Assembly: GCF_018977255.1 (NCBI RefSeq)
Contig: NW_024704742.1
Span: forward strand, 112,222,001 to 112,286,000
Reading direction: 5' to 3'
From: Callorhinchus milii
Taxonomy: Eukaryota
DNA length: 64,000 nt
The notes under the pieces were generated by a model. The model did no database searches and was not told where the DNA came from. It worked only from the letters and a program-made list of their open reading frames with translations. Of the stretch, positions 54,475 to 64,000 are shown piece after piece; the first letter of the stretch is position 1; every line of letters starts with the position of its first letter. The translations under genes and the position numbers were made by a program.

Positions 54475-55777
54475 GTGCATTTTCTGATGGTGACAGTTTC
54501 AAAGTCACAAACGATGTTCTCTCTATCTTGTGACCAGGGCTTCCTCTGCCTCTTGTCCTCCTGGATCTCTGCTGTGTTCAACACAGTCGACCACTCCATC
54601 CTGCTCCTCCACCTCTCCTCCCTCATCCACCTCAGTGGGACCGCACTCACATGGTTTGAGTCCCACTTAGTCAACCACATCCATTTCATCTCCACAAATA
54701 GTGTCTCCTCCCATCCCCACCCGGTCACTTGCGGGGTACCCCAGGGCTCCATCCTTGGCCCTCCACTTTTCCTTATCCATATGCTGCCTCTGGGCGATAT
54801 CATCCGTAAACTTCCACATGTATGTGGATGACACACAAATCTACATTGCCTCCTCCAGTATCAACTCCAGGTCCACTGATGTTCTATCAGCTTGTCTGGC
54901 AGACATCAGGGCCTGGATGAGTGGAAACTTCCTGCAGCTGAACGTTGACAAGATGGAAGCCATACACCTTGGCTCCCGCCAACATCTTCACTCCTAGGGA
55001 TCTGAACTCCTCAACCTCCCCGGGTTCTCCCTCACATTCACCAAACCAGTGCACAATCTAGGCATCTGGTTTGACCCCCAGCTGTCCTTCCTCACCCACA
55101 TCCGGTCCCTGACCAGGACCGCTTCTTCCACCTCCGCCACATTGCCCGCCTTCAACTGTACCTTACCCTAAATGCAGCCAAAACCCTCGTGCATGCGTTT
55201 GTCACCTCCCACTCGGATTACTCAAACGCACTCCTCACCAATCTCTCCAGTTCCACTATTCAAAAGATCCAGGTCATTCAGAACTCCGCTGCCCACATAC
55301 TGACCCGGACCAAACTCCGTACCCACATCCCACCAGTTCTGGCCAGGCTCCACTGGCTCCCCATCACTGAATGGATTGACTTCAAGATCCTCACTCTCGT
55401 GTTCAAATCCCTCCACTCTCTGGCACCTCCCTACCTCTCCAACCTCCTCACTCCCCAATCCACCACCCAGTGCCTCCGTTCGACTGGCACCGGCCTCCTG
55501 CTCATCCCTCGCACACTCCGCCACACCATCGGAGGTCACGCTTTCATTGCGCTTTCAGCCACTACGTCCCAAAACTCTGGAACATTCTCCCTCAATCCCG
55601 CCATCTTGCCCCTCCCTCCCGTTTTTCAAGTCCTGCCTGAAAACTTTCCTCTTCGACTGTGCTTATGGCCATCTCCCCCTCCCACCCAGCTTGGAGAAAG
55701 AATCCACCACTGTTAGGCGTTCTGAGATGCTATCCTGTGTGGAGGGCGCTATATAAGTGCAAGTTGTTGTTGTTGTG
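54475..55777 (+). mobile_element. L2 LINE RT 3' part
   Basis: SAVFNTVDHSILL, GVPQGSILGP, HMYVDDTQIY, NFLQLNVDK, LHWLP; gcaagttgttgttg tail. Confidence 0.92.
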
Positions 55778-56558
55778 ATGTCATTGGCATAAGATCACTA
55801 GAAGTATTTGAATGAAGAAGGTCCTTCAACTCATTTGATCTCACAGTACCCCCCATACTGTCCTCACATTACAGCATCAAACTGTTTTTTAAGTACATTC
55901 AGCAACCCGGCCCCCAATACTCTTCCTGGAAACTCATTCCAGTCAATTTTTGAGAAATACTTCAGTGCTTTCGTTATCTAAAAGTACAGTTCTGGGTTTA
56001 CTAAATCAATCCAATTTAGGAGCTCTCAAGCTGACCTACCATGTCAGTGAGGGAATAATAGAGAACACCAATGGAAACTAAGGGGCTGGGAGAAACTGCG
56101 TTCCCCATTCTCAAAATAATAATTAATAAACAGAAGTGATTTAGTTCTTCACATTTTTATTTCAAAGTGTTCCACTAACAAATGGTTTAAATTCAACTGC
56201 TCTGCATAAATTGTATACCTGCTCCAGATATACACCAATAAAACCTTTGCATCAGCTTTGATCACCACATGTGCTGTTTATTTAGTGCATTAATTCACTG
56301 ATATATATATATAAAGCAGAGATGAAGCCATAATCATTCCCCCTACCCAAAATAGAACCAGGCAAAAGCCCAAGCAAAGAATGAAGTTAATATTCTCACC
56401 TAGGCCTTGAGAAGAATTGAAGTAGGCAACACACCGTCTTGAGGGGAGAAAGCAGGTAACTCACATAATCTACTTTTGGAGCAGAGTACTTGTGGGTTGG
56501 TGGGTTACCAGAAGGAATGACATTCACATTCCTTATTATTAAGGAATATTATTGTTGT

Positions 56559-56937
56559 GGAATCCTGCAGCTTAGTGGTTAGAGCACTCGCCTTGCACGC
56601 AAGACCTAGGTTTGATTCCCAGGCAGAGCGAAATGTTGGACAAGATTTCTTACCCGACATGCCTCTGTTTACCTAGCAGTAAGTAGGTACCTGGTTGTTA
56701 GTTGATTGGCGGATTGCTTTTCCGGGGGTAATAATCCCTTCAAAAAAGAATAATAAAAACATTATTTGGTCACTCTATTCACAACTGTTTGTGGGACACT
56801 GCTGTGCGCAATTGGCTCCTGCGTTTCATCCACAAAATATTCAGTCAATTCACTGTACAATATATTCTGTGAAGCACTTTGAGACATCTCAAAGACGTGA
56901 TAAGGCACTATATCAAATGCAAGGATTATTATTATTA
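56559..56937 (+). mobile_element. Full-length tRNA-headed SINE (long variant)
   Basis: tRNA-like head, CORE-like middle, Deu-type 3' part, gcaaggattattattatt tail. Confidence 0.88.
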
Positions 56938-57286
56938 GGGAATCCGCATAGAAATTGCCACATATTAGAACCCAATAAACAATGTGACAACAAACACAGA
57001 AATCAAACCGTGAATTGTTTAGTATTTCAAGACATCGACTTCACATTTCAAAATCAATTTGTCCAAATGATATTTGGGGATGTCAGGGCTGCAGTGAAAA
57101 ATTCAGTCTATATTTGTTTGTATATAATTTCAAAGAAGAATATTAATTTTTGCACAGCTTTTTCCAGGTTCCTATTTGCACTGCACCTATAACTGAGGAG
57201 CATACTGATGTACATTTTTAGTTTAACCCTTGAAACTATATAATGCAGTGTGCCTTCTACACAATGTTAACCAATAATAATATAGC

Positions 57287-57392
57287 AATAATAATCCTTG
57301 AATTTGATATAGCGCTTTATCATGTCGAGATGTCTCAAAGAGCTTCACAGAATACACTGTAAAGTGAATTGACTGTATATTTTTGTGGGCAA
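57287..57392 (-). mobile_element. SINE 3' tail
   Basis: aataataatccttgaatttgatatagcgc...aaagtgaattgactg. Confidence 0.8.
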
Positions 57393-59550
57393 AAAGAAAT
57401 CGCAAAAGGAAATGAAACAGTATTATAAATACATTCAGGAAACTGGTGATACACATTAGATTTTAAAAAGAGCAAGCTAGTTATTCTTTCATTTGTTATT
57501 TTATGTGACTATTTTTAGAGGGATTACAAAGTTGTTATTGATGCCATTTGTAGACATTTGCTAAAATGACAATACGGCAGAATGCTATAGTTGCAGAAAG
57601 AAGTGAATTCACACGGCATTGCAAATGAAACATGAAAGCAACGAGGACTTCAGAAGAACTGTATGTTCATGCTGAGTTTTACTAAAGCCCATTATACATC
57701 TGGTGGACATGCTTATTAATACAAAAGTCATCAATCATTTTTTCCACCAAGCATGACTGTAAATTATGACATTATCTGTGGCTTGATGGACAAAATAAAA
57801 AGGAAGACAGGGAAATTGCAGGCCAAGACCTCCTCTTTTTGGGGCTGTCAGTTTTGTTCTAAAACGTCACGGGCACTTTTATTAAAACCAACCAAATACA
57901 TCACCGGGTTGTCATGGGTTTATGCATGTGCTCAGCTGAAGGGAGGAATAAGAGCTGCAGCTGCTTCATAGCTTTGGTAAGTCTGCTTTGAGGGACAGTT
58001 GCTGGGGTACCACAACTGAGGTAGCTGCAGTAGACTGGCATCCCAGTGTGCTGTCCTGACAGTAACCTCACTAAGTCATGACTGGGAGTAAAATGCTGTC
58101 ACTGAGATAAAAGAGTTTGTTCCTCTGATCTCTCCAATTTAGAATGGTCTCTGTATTGTACTGTACAACTTCACTTTCTATAATGGTAAGATATCAGTCC
58201 TTTGTTTACTCAGTTTCCTCCGCAGTGCATAACATCAACGGTGATTTGCATTTTATGGATGATACTATTTTAATGCAGCATAAAATCAAATGCCTTATTC
58301 ACTAACAGTTTTAGTATTCCAATGAACTGTAGATTAGTGGATTTCCTGATTATACCACCAATGTATTAATATTATACACTGGATATCGAATTTTCTGGCA
58401 ATCATCTGTAGAATATTTCTCAATAAATCTGCAGTAATGATGTGTCACAATCATTAATCTTTTTGTGTGAATATCATCACACATCATGGTGGGAGCACAT
58501 TGGTAGCTGGTTATTTTCACTAGCAGCCAATGGACCAAAAACAGAATTTAAAAAGCCACATAACATTTGTACAAGTAGGTATTATAACTGATACACGAGG
58601 ATGATTTCAAGAATATCATCTAATCTGCAAATGGGGATGATGCTTATAATTGCTCAATCTTTGATTTATGACTTATTCTCAGCTATGTAATCACGTCTGG
58701 ATATCCATTGTTCAGTATTGGTTTTCAGAACTTACATGAAGTGCTAGGACATTACTGCAGTAGTGTAACAGAGAAAACAAGATAAGTCATGAAGTTGTTA
58801 GGTGACACCAAGTGTAAGTTTTTACGGCGTATTACCAGAGGAAGATTGATGAAGGAAGTCTTGACATCTTGAAAAAATAGAGTGGGAGACAGCATGATGA
58901 ATTTTAATTACAATACAGTGAGTATTCAGGGAAGAGGAAGAGCATGTAGAACAAGGGGAGCAAGAGAAGGACATTTGGAAGAACACTCATCATACTTGTA
59001 TCAATAAAAAAGACAAGGGAAAGGCTGTGCGGGGAGGGAGGAAATGAAGGCCAGAATGAAGGTAGGATTATGTGTTAGACACCAATCTTGTGTCCTCTCC
59101 AGGAGTACAAGAGATGTACCTAAAGACCATCTTGGAGCAATATTGAAGTCTTTGAAACTTGGACTTGAACAAGGAACACAGTTTAGTCACAAGAATAGCC
59201 TCATAAGAATTTGTGTCCACTTTACAAATTCTGCAAAACTTTATGACTCAAGTGATAAAAGTCCATTCACTGAATTGCTGCAATGGTAACTTCTATCAGA
59301 ATGGATATTATTGAGGCAGGATTTTGCTAAATTTCCATCAGCCTCAACCCTCAATTACTACCATTCTCAACCCATGGCAACAAGTGAGTAGTCAGAACAC
59401 CATCCAAACAGCCTTCATGGCCAATGAATAGCATTGTGTCTCCAATAATTGATACAAATACTTTTGGGCTATTTTTCAGCAAAGTTTATCATGTGACACT
59501 CAGTAAATCTTGCACAAAGTAATCATTTTATCAGAGCTCTAATGATCTGA

Positions 59551-59850
59551 TTGTCCCCTTGCAAAAGAACAGGGATCTTAAACCAAGATTTAACCTCTGG
59601 TAAGATCATATTCAAGAAGAAAAGAATCAAAATCTCCATTGAACAAGTGGTGTGCCTCAGGGATTGGCTCGCAGCCATCAGACTGAAGGATGTCTACCTT
59701 CATGTAGCCATTAAGAGTTTTAATGAGCTTTGTTCTCAGATGGCAATCATTCGCTTCTTTTCTGACACAATCATAAGGAGATGTCCTTTGCCCATATTGC
59801 ATAATGTAGGCTTGAAATTTCACCAGACAAAAAAAAGGAACCTACTGTGC
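59551..59850 (+). mobile_element. Degenerate DIRS-like reverse transcriptase fragment
   Basis: DWLAAIRLKDVYLHVAI resembles DIRS1 RT DWxxSIDLKDAYFHIPI; ILHNVGLKFHQTK resembles LLxxLGFxINxEK. Confidence 0.55.
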
Positions 59851-60309
59851 TCTTTTTCAAACTACTGTACTCCACAGCACAGTGGTACTTTGACTAAAGA
59901 TAAGCAACCTATTATCAGCATTCGTCAATAGGGAAATGTATTTATTTTGGCTCATAGACTGGTTAGAATTCTGGGGAAGTCAGGAAAAACATTAAAAAGC
60001 ATGGAATAGACCAAGGCCTAAGGTATTCATTGCTTCACATTTTGTGAGAAATCTACCAGATCCTAGTCTCTGTGCTAACAATCTCTTGGAGGGAAAGAAC
60101 AACAACCAATACTCCAAAACATCTATTTGCACATCCTTGCTATGTGCCCTGACTTTACGGTTGGCCAACCAAATAAATGTTCTTGATTGATTATTTCTTC
60201 ATGTATGGCCATGCCATGTTCACCGCCACTCAGTAGGTATTGGAAACAAAGCATTGATTTGGAATAGACTTGCCTGGTGTGGACTGGTGCAAATACTTAG
60301 GACACTTCT

Positions 60310-60362
60310 TGATGGTCCAACGGGTCACTTCTGGCCCGCGGGCCATGGGTTGGCCACCACTG
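60310..60362 (-). mobile_element. hAT-type MITE terminus
   Basis: Minus strand CAGTGGTGGCCAACCCATGGCCCGCGGGCCAG, typical of hAT/Charlie ends. Confidence 0.55.
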
Positions 60363-60563
60363 GTATAAAACTTCTCCTGCCTGGATCTCATAACAGAGCA
60401 CATCATACACATGAACGCATTCATAACATCCAGGCTCGACTATGCAAACTCCCTGCTTGTCAGCCTCCCCAACTCCTCCCTTCATAGGCTGCAGATCATC
60501 CAGAACTCTGCAAGAGTCCTCTCCTGCACCAGGCTCCATGACCCTATCACATGACCCTATTGT

Positions 60564-60876
60564 GGAGTCCTGTAGCTCAGTGGTTAGAGCACTCGCCTTG
60601 CAAGCGAGAGACCTGGGTTCAATTCCCGGCAGGGCAAAACTTTAGGAAAGTTTCCTTACTCCACACACCTGATAATAATCTCTAAAAAAAAAATTGGTCA
60701 TTTCAATCCACAACTGTTTTTTTGGGCCACTGCTGTGTGCAATTGGCTGCCGCATTTCGCCTACTAATATACAGTAAATTCACTTTACAGTCTATTCTGT
60801 GAAGCGCTTTGAGACGTGAAAAGCGCTATATCAAGTGCAGCGAGTATTATTATTATTATTATTATCATTATTATTA
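60564..60876 (+). mobile_element. Full-length tRNA-headed SINE (short variant) with (TAT)n tail
   Basis: Near-intact cloverleaf head 60566-60637; body as in 49343-49655. Confidence 0.88.
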
Positions 60877-60901
60877 TTTTTACCCTCATCCTCGCCAGAC
60901 T

Positions 60902-61045
60902 CATAGAATCATGGAATTAAACAGCTCAGAAGGAGGCCATTCGGCCCATTATGTCTGTGCTGGCTCTTTGAAAAGAGCTATCAAAATCAATTCCCCTCCC
61001 CCGCTCTCTCCCCATGGCCCTGCAAATTTGTCGTCCCCAACATGT
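60902..61045 (-). mobile_element. CR1 3' UTR fragment inside L2, flanked by GACTC repeats
   Basis: atagaatcatggaat...ggaggccattcggccc; matches 62160-62270 in reverse. Confidence 0.8.
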
Positions 61046-61519
61046 GACTCCACTGGATTTCCATCACACAGAGGATATAGTTCAAGTTCCTGGTCCTCAC
61101 CTTCAAAGCCCTCCATGGCCTTTCTCCCCCCTACCTCTGTGACCTTCTAACCACCCCCACCAACCTGCCCACACCCTCCACTCAGCGGGCTCTGGCCTGC
61201 TTCATGTCACCCGCCTCGCCTACCCCATCATTAGCAAGCAGGCCTTCAGCCACTCTGCCCACATCCTCTGGAATTCCATCCCACAATACCTCCGCCTCGC
61301 CCCCTCCCTTGCCTCCTTCAAGACCCATCTCAAGACATCTCTTTGACAGTGCCTTCAATCACCCTCCTTCCCCCCCTGCCCTCTACCCTCCTCGATCCTG
61401 ACTGAAACACTGATTGTCTAACACCTTGGGACGTCCTCCCAACGTGAAAGGCACGATACAAATGTAATTTTGTTGTTGTTAATGCTCATCTTGGGTTATT
61501 CTTATCTTTGTAAGATAGA

Positions 61520-62272
61520 GGAAGTGAACCTGAGCAAGAATGATAGAATCTTAAAGTGGGTGAAGAAACAGCGAGACCTCGGGGTTCATATAAGTAAATC
61601 TTTGAAGCTGGCAGGACAGGTAGATAAAGCTGTTNAAAAAAGCATACAAGATACTAGGCTTTATAAATAGGGGCATAGAATGCAAAAGTCAGGAAGTTAT
61701 GATGAACCTTTATAAAACCCTGGTTAGGCCTCAGCTAGAGTACTGTGTTCAGTTCTGGGCACCACACTTTAGGAAGGATGTCAAGGCATTGGAGAGGGTG
61801 CAAAGGAGATTTACCAGGATGGTACCAGGAATGTGGGACTTCAGTTATGAGGAGAGGCTAGAGAAGCGAGGATTATTCTCCTTGGAGCAGAAAAGGTTAA
61901 GAGGAGACTTAATAGAAGGTTTCAAAATTATGAGGAGATTTGATAGGGTGAACAAGGAGAAACTATTTCCACTGGCAGGTGGGTCGGTAACCCGAGGGCA
62001 CCAATTTAAAACAGTTGTTAAAGGAAACAGAGGGGAGTTGAGGACATTTTTTTTCACATTCGGATCTGGAATACATTGCTTGAAAGGGTAGTGGAAGTCG
62101 ATTTGATAACAACTTTTAAGAGAAAAGTAGATAATTATTTGGGGCGGACAAGTTTGCAGGGCTATGGGGAGAGAGCAGGGGAGTGGGATTGATTTGGATA
62201 GCTCTTTTCAAAGAGGTGGCACAGACATGATAGGCCGAATGGCCTCCTTCTGTGCTGTATAATTCTATGATT
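61520..62272 (+). mobile_element. CR1 LINE 3' RT + UTR
   Basis: LYKTLVRPQLEYCVQFWAP..LERVQRRFTRM..RLRGDLIE..TRGHQFK; attctatgat end. Confidence 0.92.
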
Positions 62273-63854
62273 GTAAAAATGGAGGATATATTAGGACCAA
62301 CAACAACAAAATAGAACCAAAGCAGAAAGTATAGATTTTAAAGAAAGCTTTAAGTACAAGGATCATTTGATGCATCAGTAAATGTAGAGGTGCTCCTTTA
62401 CGAGTTATTTATTTACTTATTTATTCCTGTTTATTTAATAACTCTCTTATTCCTTGATGAAAATGTTACAGTGATGTCCTAACAAAGCTGAATTTAAATC
62501 TCTCTTCTAGTAAATGTTCAGGTAAAATAGAACTTTACCAGAAAAAGAGTCAAACATGACAAATATCGTCTATTCATATAACTGCTAATTCAAGGTATCC
62601 AGTTAGTAGTGTTCAAGAGATATGAAAAATAACTAATATTGCAACCAATTTTTCCACAAAAAGTGTGAGAAATGCAATCCACAGAAATTCCTTCATACAC
62701 ATTGATGACGGCGAAATGAGTTAACATGCTGACCTTTAACTTCTTGGAACCTTTTTAAATACAAAGACTAAGGACCATCAATAATTGTCATACATCCATA
62801 AGAGTTAAAAAAAATCTCTTTTTTGCCACTGTCTCTCCTGCACAAACATGCTCTTTAGAAAATTGAACATCAGTAGTTTTCTAATATTAGTTATGCAATG
62901 TGAAAAGAGCAGCACATCAGCACAGAAACGGCAGGGTAATTGGCCTGGTTACTAGTTAATTCTTTTACAACTGTTTCAAACTGTCAACAGAATATGGAGG
63001 GGAATATACATTGTGCACGTGGAATATTAAGCATAGCACCTTCTCATATTGTGGAGAAACAAGGCTGCTATTGTGGAACTGAGCAAAAAAACAATGGAGC
63101 TCAAACCCCTGTTGATTTGACAGTTTGCCTCTCCTGTCCAACTGCAACAGCAAAACAAATGGACAAATCTATTCAAATCATGTTCAGAATGAGATTAGCT
63201 TCTTCTTTTCCAGATAAGAGCTGGTCTGAGGAACTCCCCCCATTGTATATACGAATCCCTGTTTGTGTGAGAGTATTGTGACAGTCTCCACATCAGCATC
63301 AGAATAGACTCGTACTTAACATAAATTGTAAAATGGCATTGGCAGAGATCACTCCTCTTTCCACCTCCTTATTCTGTTGACAGTTTTAAACAGTTGTGAA
63401 AGAATTAACTAGTAACTTGCCTTAACATGTAACTGATACGTCCTGTCATTCCCGTAAATAAACAAATCATGAACGTTTCAATTTTAAATTCCCGTAATTT
63501 TTTTCTCTGAGGGTATTTTTCAGCCAAAATTTCATAACGTTAGATTGGTTAATATCATCACTGGTCACTTTATCTTACATGGACAAAGAGATACATTTTA
63601 TCCACGTTAATCTTGGTGCAGCAGGGAAACAATACTGAGACATACTGCTCTAGAAAACAGTTAGATCCTAACCAAACACTTTTGTGAAGTTTTCATTGTA
63701 ATTCTAGTTTAACTTTGAGCGCAGTCCTTGTTGTTGAGGCAGAAACGTGTTGCCAAACAAGAGTTGAGAACACACAAGCAAATTCTTGGGTACAAGCATA
63801 TTGCTCTTCTGCTCTATTCGATATGTTTCATGTTATTTATCCCAGCCCTCTTAA

Positions 63855-64000
63855 AATAATAAAATATAATAATCCCTGCATTTGATACAGTGCCTTTCAC
63901 ATCAGACGGGCATCTCAATAATAATAATAATCCTTGCATTTGATATAGCGCCTTATCACATCTTTGAGACGTCTCAAAGTGCTTCACAGAAAATACTGTA
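63855..64000 (-). mobile_element. Two SINE 3' tails (the second runs off the window)
   Basis: aataatccttgcatttgatatagcgcc motif twice. Confidence 0.8.

Larger units (their letters stand above)
60365..61480 (+). mobile_element. L2 3' fragment interrupted by a SINE and a CR1 tail
   Basis: SRLDYANSLL before 60560; resumes at 60880-60901 and 61046 (LHW); tail aaatgtaattttgttgttg. Confidence 0.85.

Noticed and set aside
56695..57192. 165-aa ORF
   Set aside because: First half is SINE sequence; no ATG start and no homology I recognise.
57950..58130. Possible sixth copy of repeat family X
   Set aside because: Only one short motif matches; too weak without an alignment.
43519..60637. tRNA-Ala genes at 43521, 49655(-), 56561 and 60566
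   Set aside because: Each runs directly into a SINE body, and most have stem-breaking changes.

Overview
AT-rich vertebrate genomic DNA. The repeat content (DeuSINE/SacSINE1-like SINEs, L2, CR1, a Penelope-type tail) suggests a cartilaginous fish; this is an inference. The + strand carries ten in-frame coding exons (8025-31449) of TMEM161B. The N-terminal ~35 codons were not found and probably lie upstream. One intron (12918-19479) is a GT-AG minor-spliceosome (U12) intron. A ~4.7 kb repeat-poor 3' region and ~28 kb of intergenic DNA follow, with many L2/CR1/SINE fragments, a Tigger-like element, a DIRS-like RT fossil and repeat-poor islands carrying enhancer-like motifs. Best leads: a frame-preserving 117-bp candidate cassette exon, a candidate alternative last exon, an acceptor with no pyrimidine tract, a 5-copy unclassified retroposon-like family, a mosaic tRNA/CORE-like/Deu SINE and an 85-bp hammerhead-half insert with a 14-bp TSD. 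I did not find a clearly new multi-gene system. Repeat boundaries are approximate and were set by eye; exon numbers follow the human gene as I recall it.
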